Shown: positions 1 to 10,787 of the stretch, piece by piece
Position numbering within the stretch: the first letter of the stretch is position 1
Layout: each line of letters starts with the position of its first letter
From: Mizuhopecten yessoensis
Lineage: Eukaryota
Length of the DNA stretch: 64,000 nucleotides
Direction: 5' to 3'
Assembly: GCF_002113885.1 (NCBI RefSeq)
Contig: NW_018407509.1
Coordinates: forward strand, 748,803-812,802
Made by a program: the position numbers and the translations under genes
The notes under the pieces: generated by a model
Told to the model about the DNA's origin: nothing
Seen by the model: the letters and a program-made list of their open reading frames with translations, nothing else
Databases searched by the model: none

Positions 1-2544
1 GGAAGTGTGTGACATTTAACACGCCAGCGATGTTCACAAAGTCTTTCATAGAGTTCTTCTTTCTTGCCTAAAAAATAAGATTATTGTCATTTTGTATGGA
101 CCAGTCACATAACTATTCCGTCTTTGCGTATTGCAGAGTTATCTTCTCTTGTGAGCAGGAATTGATTATTATGTCGTTGGTTTGTGTGAGAAAATTATGT
201 TGTTTTCTCAAAAATTGATGACTTTACTCTCACAAACAAATGACGTAACAATCAATACCTGCTCACAAGAAAAGATAACTCTGCAATATGCAAAGATGGA
301 ATTATTGATAATAAAAACTAGAGGCTCAACATAGCATTTCATTTAACTCATTCACCCCTGAAGACACATTTGAACTTTTCCAAGTCAAAGGTTGGAATAG
401 TCCATTGTGAAAATTCTGCGGTGAATGAGTTAAGGACCATAGCCAAAAACTGACATACTTTTTTTTCTGGCATGGCTATAGCTTTAATAAATCATTTCCG
501 AATAGAAAAACCATATCTTGTGGTAGGTGAGAGATAGACATGAAATCATCAATAACAGTGTTTTGATTGTAATTGTAAAAATTCAGCTGGACTAGACCGG
601 GATTTGAACCCTTGACTTCGCATTGTTATACTGTCACTCTAACCGAACTGAGATAATCTGGTCAATGGAAGTGACCTTGGCCAACTGTGCTACAGCCAGG
701 AAATACATATCTGGTACTAGTTATTCCCGGCCTCCTCTGTCCCAGGTGTGACGATGCAATATATAAAAAAAATATCTTGTCATCAGAAGCTACGTTATCG
801 CAGCTTATCTGGTACATGTTAATATAGCACCAACATCACTCTATCTTGTTTCTTTGATATCTATCAATATTTACCTTGAGATTTCTGGCTGTGAAAGGTT
901 CCATCACATTGCGCATATCCTTTATAAGTTGTACGACATTTTTACCAACATGTCCCCTATTGAACACAAAAGAATGTGGAGCCTTTGTGTAAATATCTTC
1001 CTGGTATTGCAGCTGCTTATGTTTCATAGTTTTCTGTCGTTTGCTCTGTAAAACAGGAACCAATACATTGTATTTAAATAACAGTATTTCTCTCAAATCT
1101 GCCTACGCCAGAAACTGACAAAAGTTTTGTTGGATAACACTTCCCCACGTCTTAGTTGCACCAGGTGATCAATAGTTTATTTTAAGAATTACATTTTTTG
1201 CTTATAAATTCTGATTTGGGAATACATAAAAACAAATGTTACAAAATATTTAGATGTTGAGTAATTCTAGGCGTGTTCAAATACGAATTATTTGTAACAA
1301 TTTTTAATTATTTATATCTTAAGAGACTTTTTCATTTCTCATTTTAATCATGCATGGAATAAAGATGCACAACATATATTAAAGACTTTGCCTGGTTTTT
1401 CCCCAATACTACAAGCCAACCCTAGCTTCACAAACTACACTATATATTGGTTGATGTTGTGAAACGTGACATCACTTCAATTACTCCAACAACGTTAGAG
1501 GTTAACACAATACTTGAGACAAGAACATTGCATCAGTCAGCATAATTATCAGGTCGGGGAAAACCATTAAGTTGCGTATAATACGCAAACTCGTCTATTA
1601 TACGCCAATAGGGGTATGGATTTGTTACTAAATATAGCCAAAATCACTTTAATCTTAACTTTTTCAAAGTGTTTGTCCAAGTCGCATTTATTCAGTCATG
1701 AAACATAACATAAATGCAAAAATAAACATTATTTGCAAGTGGGAAAGTACCAAAAATAGATGCAATATTTCCGGTAAAGGTACATCAAGTTTCTAAGTAG
1801 CAAACGCTTTCAGTAAACATCTTTTAGCACAATACTATCTACGTATATACCTTGTCGTAAATTAATGCGATTTAAAATAATATCTTGCAAAAGTTACTGT
1901 AAAAGCGATTTGGGTAATTTAAAGTAACAAATCCATACTCCAACTGGCGTATAATAGGCGAGTTTGCGAATTATAATCAAGTTGGTGGTTTTTCCCAACC
2001 ATTTCTGATTATACCGAATAAAAAAATATCCAACCGGGGGCCTCTTATGTTATAGGTCAATGAGTACACTTCAATGTGATATATGACATCACTTAATTGA
2101 CATATTGGTCAGCAGAAGAATAGTTGCTATTTCAGAAAATCTTGGTGTTCAGATCATTATAAGATGTAAAACGAATTTGACGACAGGCAAAACCTATTAA
2201 AAAAAACTTCTTCTTTGGTAATTTTCACGGTTGACTGTGGTGCAGAAGTTTTATCTCCCTTAAATGACATTATCGACGATTCCTGAACTTTTGACGTTTG
2301 GGATTTTGTCAATTCTGAAATATGTATTCGACTCGAAACAAGGTGGGAGAAACTAAATATACCTTCATACCACATGTACGATGCCGTGGTTCGTTTTAGT
2401 GTAATCGGATATACAACTACAACACATGTCAATCCTGTTTCTAATTAGCCATTTGTACGTAACTAAATAGGCATACTAACATGAAAACATATATTTAAAC
2501 CAGTCGACAATATCAGTTTTACTCGCCTTTTTTTGTTTACCCAT
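1..2544 (-). CDS. PPAN: Peter Pan / Suppressor of SWI4 1 homolog (Brix-domain ribosome biogenesis factor), 5' three exons; gene continues beyond window start
   Basis: Exons 2544-2527 (MGKQKK, GC donor), 1045-875 (SKRQKTMKHKQLQYQEDIYTKAPHSFVFNRGHVGKNVVQLIKDMRNVMEPFTARNLK) and 67-1 (ARKKNSMKDFVNIAGVLNVTHF), both introns phase 0. Matches the PPAN/SSF1 motifs PHSFVF..G and MEP.TA..L..RKKNS.KD.V..AG.L.VTHF. Confidence 0.95.
115..302. mobile_element. Palindromic (fold-back) MITE in PPAN intron 2
   Basis: ATTCCGTCTTTGCGTATTGCAGAGTTATCTT...AAGATAACTCTGCAATATGCAAAGATGGAAT, long imperfect inverted repeat. Confidence 0.8.
343..433. mobile_element. 91-bp TTAA-flanked MITE, family A (piggyBac-like); other copies 5837-5928, 10541-10631, 42455-42545, 46719-46809, 51425-51515, 58753-58845
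   Basis: TTAA-CTCATTCACCCCTG...(C)AGGGGTGAATGAG-TTAA; seven dispersed copies in both orientations. Confidence 0.85.
578..665 (-). repeat. Degenerate tRNA-derived repeat; related copies ~9955-10040, ~19870-19910, ~37345-37415, ~46360-46430
   Basis: AGACCGGGATT(C/T)GAACCC (reverse B box) with an A-box remnant; no intact cloverleaf. Confidence 0.6.
1543..2012. mobile_element. MITE with ~65-bp imperfect TIRs in PPAN intron 1
   Basis: GGGAAAACCA...CGCAAACTCGTCTATTATACGCCA versus TGGCGTATAATAGGCGAGTTTGCG...TGGTTTTTCCC. Confidence 0.75.
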
Positions 2545-2720
2545 TTTGCTTTTGGACAGTTGTTACGATTTTCGTCACCTCGCCTGTAACATGTGCTTCC
2601 GGCTGTGTACACATATTTTGATGACGTATGGTTTATGTGTACTGCAAGTCGGAAGTGACATAATGTTTCCCGCGAATACTCCAAATGGTTTCTGGTCCTC
2701 ACTGTGGCGAGTATGCGATA
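2545..2720 (-). promoter_or_regulatory. PPAN 5' UTR/core promoter with ETS-like motifs
   Basis: CpG-enriched stretch upstream of the ATG with CTTCCGG (~2596) and CGGAAGTG (~2650). Confidence 0.45.
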
Positions 2721-2934
2721 ATAATAATTTATTTCTATTTTCATTTCCATAAACATCCCAATCATACTTACTAATTTAATTATCAATAATTGTATAACAT
2801 TTTAATTATAATATATGACGTTGAGTTGTGACGTCATTTCTGTAAATTTGTTCGCTCTGATTTCTTTGAAAAGGCATAGCCAAAGAAGAACGTAGCTTTT
2901 GTTCATGACTGATATTTACTGATTTAGAATGAGA

Positions 2935-3260
2935 TTAATAAAATCTTTTACCTGTAACTGAGCGAGAAAGGATTATCTCAGTTGAGGGTTAAGATTCTTC
3001 AACAAAATCCCAACTGATGCGTAAGCCGAGGTCGGGATGTTACAGAATCTAAGCCCGAGACTGCGATAACCCGATCTCGCTCAGTTACAGGTAATTGATT
3101 TATTTTCTCACACCTTTTATTTCGAAAAGAACTATTCAATTTCAATTTCAATTCAAATTCCACGAAATGTCACGTAAAGGTACAGGACAATCGACGAGAT
3201 ATACAAATCTAGGATGGGGTATGACGTGGGATATCTCTGTCTGAGGTGCGAGAAAAAATA
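2935..3260. mobile_element. Palindrome-headed non-autonomous element (possibly Crypton-derived); similar architecture at 57410-57763 and 20162-20260
   Basis: Long hairpin TACCTGTAACTGAGCGAGA...TCTCGCTCAGTTACAGGTA followed by a second inverted pair TTCTCACACC...GGTGCGAGAA. The superfamily is an inference. Confidence 0.55.
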
Positions 3261-3358
3261 AGCTTTATAGTTGGCAAGTCGAGGAATACAATAAAATACA
3301 AGCTCTAATGAGATTTGAAGACCTACATTACAAATAAGACATTAGAAAAATTAGATAT

Positions 3359-4165
3359 CTAATGTAGCACATGCGGAAGAAGGGAAATGAACCGGGATAG
3401 GGTTTGACATTTCCTACAATCGCCCGTTACTTGCTTCTTTTTCTGTTTGAGATGGATGTTTGAAGACGGATTTGGTAAAATGGTCTCATCTTCAGAAACC
3501 TCTCGTTCTTGCTCTTTCTCTTTGTTATGAGCATTTCGGGATACAATTGCGCTTGGTTGCTGCATGACTGGTCGCGGAGGTGTTATTACAGCTTTTGCAA
3601 CACTTTTGGTGACATATCCGGATGTCCTTCTTTCCCATTTTTCACCTGTCGCTTAATGTCATGTAATTGCTTTCGCAGTGTTACCTTTGTCTGCTTGTTA
3701 TGTCCAACTGTTCATGTTGTTGACTCAGGGTTTTCACTTACTACACTAACATCGTGAACACAGTTTTTGGCCGTCTGGAGAACATACTTCAACCTGTTTT
3801 TAAATCCTTCGATTCCACTAGAGTGCTCATCGTTAAATTTCTGGGCGATTCCTTCACTGTCTGATATTTTAATCCATGTTTTGTCAACTTGTAATTTGTT
3901 ATTCCGAGGTAATTTCAATACTTCCGACACGGTTTTCTCTGATTTCCTGTCGTTTTCGTTGTAGTCATTCACGATTCAGATTGCACATCGACTTTAACAC
4001 ATAAAACTTAATGTTTTCTTTCTCAAGTTTTTGTTATCTTAGTATGCATATTTTGCATCTCTTCGTTGTGTTTCTTTGCGCTTTCCCTTGCGTTTTCTTT
4101 GTCCTTTTGTAGTGTTTTCAGTTGTGTACTTACGTTTTCAAGGTTATTAATCTGTGATTTTTAAT
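3359..4165 (-). pseudogene. Decayed intronless coiled-coil/low-complexity ORF of unknown family
   Basis: Protein-like reading across frameshifts and stops: SQINNLENVSTQLKTLQKDKENARESAKKHNEEMQNMHTKIT / KLEKENIK / NDYNENDRKSEK...ESTT*TVGHNKQTKVTLRKQLHDIKRQVK... / VITPPRPVMQQPS...SRFISLLPHVLH*. Confidence 0.5.
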
Positions 4166-4668
4166 TGATGGCAAATTTTCATTAAAAGACATTTTCTTTT
4201 GCTACAAGGATTGATGACCTTTGAAGTCAGTACAGCAGACTACGCATTACACTGCTATTAGAAAAAAATACACAGGAGATACTTGTCACAAATTGATGAC
4301 AGTTTTGGTCGACAAATGTTCATCGAGTTTCATGCATGAATCATTTCATAAACCTATAGCTTATTATTGAAATGTAGAATGTAGTTTTTAACGGAAAGAA
4401 ACACTGACATTTTTATTCGTCTATATTCTGTTTTATTTCACATTGTTTGCAGCATACACTGCACAGCACACCATAGAATACATATACAAGATACGATATA
4501 TGCATTTCCATTTCCATACAATGTCATTGACTGATACTGGCAGTAAATTATGATATTATGCTGTTATCAGTTACAAGTTGTTCATAGCAAGATGTGCAAA
4601 AAACAATCTGGTATATCTTCAACAACATCAAAAATTTGAAACTCGAACTATGTCTTTTGATTAAAAAA

Positions 4669-5653
4669 AACAAGAGGCTCAATGGGCCTGCATCGCTCAC
4701 CTGGTATAAATATCACACTTGTAACATTAAAAATGATCTAAAATAAAGCTACAGGCAAATTAAGTCATTATGTTGAACAAATTTTATAGCCTTTCATTTC
4801 AGGATGCAACTTGCAAAGTATCAACATCCTGGGACCCATGGTTATTCAGAAGAGGTCGTTTACTTTAACAAACATAGTAGTCCTTGATACCAGCATGCTA
4901 CTGACTAAATATCAACATCCTGAGCCTTTTGGTTATTCAAGTTGTTTAAATTTTTGAACATATTTGCTCCTTGTGACCTTGAATATGATTCAAGGTCATA
5001 CATTTGAACAAACTTAATAGCCCTTGATCCTAGTATGCTACTGACTAAATATCATCACCCTGGGCATTTTGGTTATTAGCTCACCAGCCCAAAGGGCATC
5101 GCTCAACTGTTATTAATCTAACACTTGTAATCTTAAGATTTCATAAGAAACTATTAAAAGATTTAAACATATGACGCCTCTGACCTTGTTGTCGAACAAG
5201 GACATTAGGTTGAAAGTGGATCAAGGTCATTCATTTGAACAAACTTGATAGCCCTTTACCCCAGCATGCTACTGGCCATATATCATCACCCTGGGCATTT
5301 TGGTTATTGAAAAGAAGTTGTTTGAATTTTTTAACATATTTGACCCCTGTGACCTTGAATATGGGTGAAGATCATTTATTTGAACAAACTTTGTAGCCCT
5401 TTATCTAAGCATGCTACTGGCCAAATGTCATTACCTTGGGCATTTTGGTTATTGAGAAGAAGTTGTTTAAAGTTTTTAACATATTTGACCCCTGTGACCT
5501 TAAATATGGGTGAAGGTCATTCATCTGAACAAACTTTGTAGCCCTTCATCTCAGCATGCTACTGGCCAAATATCATCACCCTGTGCATTTTGGTTATTCA
5601 GAAGAAGTTGTTTAATGTTTTTCACATATTTGACCCCTGTGACCTTGAATATA
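4669..5653 (+). mobile_element. HINE-like element, composite of two subfamilies, truncated at an assembly gap
   Basis: Same 5' end as 18629; 145-bp repeats at 5341, 5486 and 5631; sequence from ~5095 matches the reverse complement of the 45165 end. Confidence 0.8.
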
Positions 5654-6224
5654 NATACGATGTATGCATTTCCATGCAATGTCATGGATACTGGCAGTAA
5701 ATTATGATATTATGCTGTCATCAATAGTGACCTACTCAGCACATAAATGAACACCACAGTGACAAAATGGCATTATTATAACAACAGTGACCTCTGTCAC
5801 TCTGACAGAATGTTATGGCCCCAAAGTTTCTTATTCTTAAACTCATTCACCCCTGAAATTTCATAATGAACTATTCCTACCTTTGAATTGGAAGAGTTCA
5901 AATGTGTCTTCAGGGGTGTATGAGTTAACCCTGAATTTAATTCAGTCCATCTATATATAACAAGTTGTTTATAGCAAGATGTGCAAAAAACATTAATCTG
6001 GTATATCTTCAACAACATCAAAAATTTGAAACTCAAATTATGTCTTTTGATTAAAATAATTAATAGAAATCAAAAATATTCATAAATTGTCAGATATTTC
6101 TGAGAATCGTATTTTTGAAAATTTGTCTATAAATCTTGCTAATCAGGCCTTGCACAGCAGGTTTAGGTTGTAAAGGACAGGTTTCACTGTAGTACATTAT
6201 ACGATGCGATGTCAACGTTATTAA

Positions 6225-6528
6225 CATCCTCGAAATTCTAGGGGTTACCTCAATTCCATTTCCTCACCCCCGGAATAATGTTACGACAAAATCGAAGGCA
6301 TGCCGATAAAACGAAACTGCCCAATCACTTGGCTTATTCATGTCTTTCAAAGATTACAAAGTGAAAACAGAGGTCAAAGCCGGTCAATTTTACTGTTAAA
6401 CTGCAATAAGATTCTTTTGATCTACATGTACATCAACGGATCAAACTACTTGTATCAGCCACAAGATGTACGGTTCGAGCTTTCGATTTTGTCATAACAA
6501 GAGTGTAACCCCTGGAATTCTAAGGATG
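6225..6528. mobile_element. ~305-340-bp MITE family with CATCCTC...GAGGATG-type ends; copies 7950-8260 and ~45594-45936
   Basis: TIR CATCCTCGAAA.TC.AGGGGTTAC / GTAACCCCTGGAA..CT.AGGATG plus shared internal blocks. Confidence 0.75.
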
Positions 6529-7069
6529 TGTAGTTAACAAAATTACTATAATACATGTATGCATATGCAATTATCAAAAGGGATACAACAAATACTCAAG
6601 TAAAAAAGGAAAGGTCAATCTATGACCTTTGCCAGTAACTATAGTAACCATGAACACAATTCGCCTGTAAGAACTCCTGTTCGGCATACAAATTTGTAAG
6701 GAAATATATGTTAAACAATGTACAGGTCTTCCAGGCGTATAGCTGCCAATACGCTGGTACGCAGGTGAATCCACCGAATTTTCAAACAGAAAAACAAAAA
6801 CACAGCTTGTTGCACCGTTGGTCCCCTACCAAGGCCCCTGCCCTGGACAGGCTCCTAAATGAATCCACTCCAAGCAAGAGCTAGCTACACTCCTGTATAC
6901 AATATAGCAAAGGTTAAGAGAAAGTGCTATTCAGAGTGTTGATATAATGGAAACTGCAGACAAGATATTAAACACTTTAATCCAGATATCTACTTACAAA
7001 TTAGCATGTTGTATAAATCTTTGTGACCAAAAAAGGTCAGGAAAGGGTGACTAGATAAAAATCCTTGAA

Positions 7070-7600
7070 GGGAAAATGTCGCTATCTGAGAAGAAATGTT
7101 TTATGTAAAACAATGGAAAACGAAACGGAGCTTTGTGTTATGTAACATAATGGGAAAATGTCCCTACCACAGTAACATTTTAGGTTATTTATCAGAAATG
7201 TATCCATATCTGAGCTATGTTTTATGTTATATAACGGAGAAATGAAGTCATCAGCCTTTGTATGGAGAAATATAGTTATCAGACATTTATTTTATGTAAT
7301 GGAGAAATGTCACTATCAGACCTATGTTTGGGATATGTAGGGGGCACAGTGGTGGAGTGTTCATCTGCGATCACTGCCCCCACCCACCCACACACACACA
7401 CAACAGAGTCACAGGTTCGAAGCCTACGTGGGGCAGCCGTCATGTACTGGCCACAGGTTGTTGTTTTTTCTCCGGGTACCCCAGCTTTCTTCCACCACCA
7501 AAACCTGACACGTCCTTTAATCGCAATGAAGCAATGTCGCCATCAGAGCTATGTTTTATGCAATACAAGAAATGTATCAGAGACATGTTTAATATAATGC
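7070..7600. repeat. Degenerate minisatellite (GAAATGT...ATC.GAG.TATGTTTTATG) interrupted by a SINE
   Basis: The motif recurs on both sides of the SINE at 7340-7520. Confidence 0.5.
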
Positions 7601-8333
7601 AAGAGAGATAAGGGAGATTACTCCAAGTCCAAATACCCGAATGAAATTTAAAGTAAATGAAGGACTATGACACTAAGTTGTAATTGTCAACATATACTAA
7701 TGATATATTATAGGGTACATGATTTAAAGCCAAGAATCAATTAAGTATATTTTACGGTATCAAATCATATCACAGACTTACAAATACATATCACATGTTC
7801 ATTAATAAAGAGAATTGAATAACACTTTTATGCACCAAAACACCGGCGAACAGCATTGATATAACAACACCTACAATGAAGAAAATGCATTATGGCACTT
7901 GTACCTTGGTTACTGTTGCTATGGTGGAGTGTCTATAAATCTATACGTTCATCCTCGAAAGTCCAAGGGTTACGTTTACTTATGTACTCCACACTGCTGG
8001 AATATGTCCTGACAAAATTGAAGGCACACAGTTTAGATATTAAATTAGTTTCAGGTGATAAAAACTGACCAATGGCTAGGCTTTGAAAGTTACAGAGGAG
8101 CAACAATGCCAGTCAGTTTCACTGTTACATTGCCACATGCTGTAGATCGACTATTTGCACCATCCACAAGATGGCACCTACAGAGTCTTCGTTTTCGTCA
8201 TGACATGTTCCAGGCGTGCAGAGAATATAAGTGAGCGAAACCCCTGGAAAGCTCAGGATGCTTACAACAGAGATTTACACACAAACAATGAATAATAAAG
8301 GACCAGTGCACAAATTACTGGAATCACAACCTA

Positions 8334-8525
8334 AATAGCGCTCATCTGTATTATAAGCTTAAACAGCTTGACATTCGTCTTGATCATATATGTCCAATAG
8401 CGCTCATCTGTGTCATAAGCTTAAACAGCTCGACATTCGTCTTGATCATATGTGTCCAATAGCACTCATCTGTGTCATAAGCTTCAACAACTCAACATTC
8501 ATCTCGATCATATATATATGTCCCA
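8334..8525. repeat. Tandem repeat, 3 x ~62 bp
   Basis: AATAGCGCTCATCTGT.T.ATAAGCTTAAACAGCT.GACATTCGTCTTGATCATAT.TGTCC repeated three times. Confidence 0.9.
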
Positions 8526-9114
8526 AGCTAAAATAAACTAACCAACTACCAAATAACAAATTTATCCAGAAATAAGCCCATGTCTGGTAATAAGCCCACC
8601 CACTTCTACTACAGTTCTGTAGAAATGCATTGTCCTTTTATAAGCCCTCTCCTTTAGGCTTACTTTTTGACATAAAATATTGTACGAGATTTCTTTGATT
8701 TTGAATGACTAAAGATATGTAGGAAATAAGGCATAAAAAGTGAAAAATAAAATTACACAAAAAAATTACGATTTAAAGTTTGATCATCAACTATAGTGAC
8801 TATGGTCTAACTACAGTACAATCAAACTCTCTTTAGTAATTTGACATTGTATTGCGCATGTGTAAAGAAACTAGAAGCTATGGTGCACATATATGGCCAC
8901 TATTGTACAACCTACGGATTTCTTCAGTTGGACTAGCGGTTGTCTGCACACGCGTGACTATTTGAAAGCAATGCAGTGATTGATTGTTGTTTACCAGCAT
9001 GTGTGAGCACATTAAGTGTACCAGCCCGACTTTGGTAAATGGCTGATGATTGAAAATCCCCTGAAGTATTGAAAATGTGCATATTTATGGTAGGAATGAT
9101 AATTTGTTTTTCTT

Positions 9115-9200
9115 GCAAATTCCAATATCAACTCACATTATGTGATAACCTGAGTGTGCAAATTCCGATATCAACTCACATTATGTGATAACCTGAGTGC
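9115..9200. repeat. Tandem duplication, 2 x 43 bp
   Basis: CAAATTCC.ATATCAACTCACATTATGTGATAACCTGAGTG twice. Confidence 0.9.
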
Positions 9201-9327
9201 TAAATTTCATCCCTGGTTGTGGTGTGTATGTCTTACAGTTTAGTTAGTGTATCTTCCCAGCCCCTAGTGATCCTGTATGGAAACAAATATGCCCGACGAC
9301 AGAATCCTAAATATATATATATATATA

Positions 9328-9738
9328 TACTGTATTTATTTAAGCATTGAACTGCTTTCAGTTGGCATTCATAGGCAATATGAATGCCAACTGGACAAAG
9401 GCAAATTCAATTCACCCTAACCCTAATAGAACAGGCATCTCCCGGGGATGGTCAGTAGTATCCAACGAAACAATTATGACGTCATAGTAATGATGACGTC
9501 AACAATCGGTCCATGGCATTCATAACCTATAATATATGAATGCCAACTGAATTTGGTAGGGTTATATAGTGGCAATGCCGTTCGATGGTTAATATGCTGC
9601 AATAAACCCATGCCTGGTAATAAGCCCACCCATACCTATTGAAGTTCAGTTATAATGCCAACAAATTTTATTTCATTGACCTGTAATAATGTGCTTATTG
9701 CATGACAAACACGGTAAGGGTAAGTACGGGATACAGTA
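9328..9738. mobile_element. Nested MITEs: a TTAA-ended palindromic element (~9339-9592) inside a TACTGTAT...ATACAGTA element
   Basis: Inner TTAAGCATTGAAC...GTTCGATGGTTAA with CAGTTGGCATTCATA/TATGAATGCCAACTG hairpins; the outer element carries the AATAAGCCCACCCA block also seen near 8572 and 15767. Confidence 0.6.
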
Positions 9739-10787
9739 AGAGGAGCTAACAACTTGAATTCAATATGGCACAGCATTCGTAATGTTTGGCAAGAAATTTA
9801 CAAGCACTGATAATGTACTATATACTATTACAGCACATTGGGAAGATTTTTTATTCTGGCATGACTTACATTTTGATATACAAGGACTTTTACAAGGTAC
9901 TGAAAATATTTATAAAGATGAAATAAACAAAATGCAATCAAGTGGTCCAAGGGTAAAAAAATCAGCAGGGCTAGACTGGGATTCGAACCCTGCACTTCAG
10001 ATCACTCATATTATCACTCTTACCGACTTGGCTACCAGGTTAACGAAAGAGTCCTGGCCCCAAATGGGCTACAACTACAAAGCAAAATTAAGGGTCAATG
10101 AACGCACCAAAAACCACTGTGCAGTGACTGTGGGACAAGGATCCTTAATAAATCTAATTGTAGCACTCTTATGTATAAATATCTTTTTTAATATCGTGAC
10201 ATGAGAAAGTATAGAAAGTAAATACACCTCTTCAGCTAATGTTTTACATCAAGCAGGTAGACAACATAAAAATATGCACCACACAGCCTTTTTTTGTTTT
10301 ACAAAAAGTAACCATTGTTTACAGAGATATAGCCCTGAATATGTAAATTTTACATGTGATAATTTCATCAACTTGCAATACATGACATAAAACAACCGAA
10401 TTACATAAACAGCATTTAAAAAAAACACCATGATATAAACCAAAATGTGATATAAAGTGGCACCCACTTAAGTAGTAGTGTAGTATTCTATTGGTAATTT
10501 TATATAAGAAGCCAAAGAAAAAACCATGATTAAACAAGAATTAACTCATTCACCCCAAAAGTCACATTTGAACCTTACCAAATCAAAGACTGGGCAAGTC
10601 CAATTTAAAAATGTAGGGGTGAATGAGTTAAGAAAATACAATTCAATCTGGTACACCTTAAAATTGCTTTGTTTTGACACACATTTTAGATTATTGTGAC
10701 AAACATTTGAGAACTTTTTTATAGTGAAAACACTTAACATGACAATAGATATGTTCGACAAGAGTCTGCTTGACAAAGATCACTGTA

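Noticed and set aside
578-665. tRNA genes at the B-box-containing repeats
   Set aside because: No intact cloverleaf or acceptor stem; these are divergent dispersed copies typical of tRNA-derived repeats.
783-840. Possible C/D-box snoRNA in PPAN intron 2 (minus strand GTGATGT...CTGA); vertebrate PPAN hosts snoRNAs
   Set aside because: Imperfect C box, no convincing terminal stem, and no rRNA complementarity that I could identify; it would need snoscan or Infernal.
3712-3714. In-frame TGA in the coiled-coil remnant as possible selenocysteine or readthrough
   Set aside because: The same region has frameshifts and other stops, and I see no SECIS; decay is the simpler explanation.
8334-8525. CRISPR-like appearance of short repeat arrays (also 50040-50560 and 57012-57161)
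   Set aside because: These are contiguous tandem units or degenerate cores with no identical repeat/unique spacer structure, no cas genes, and a eukaryotic context.
9413-9426. Telomere-like CCCTAACCCTAA
   Set aside because: Only two units inside a MITE; not an interstitial telomeric array.
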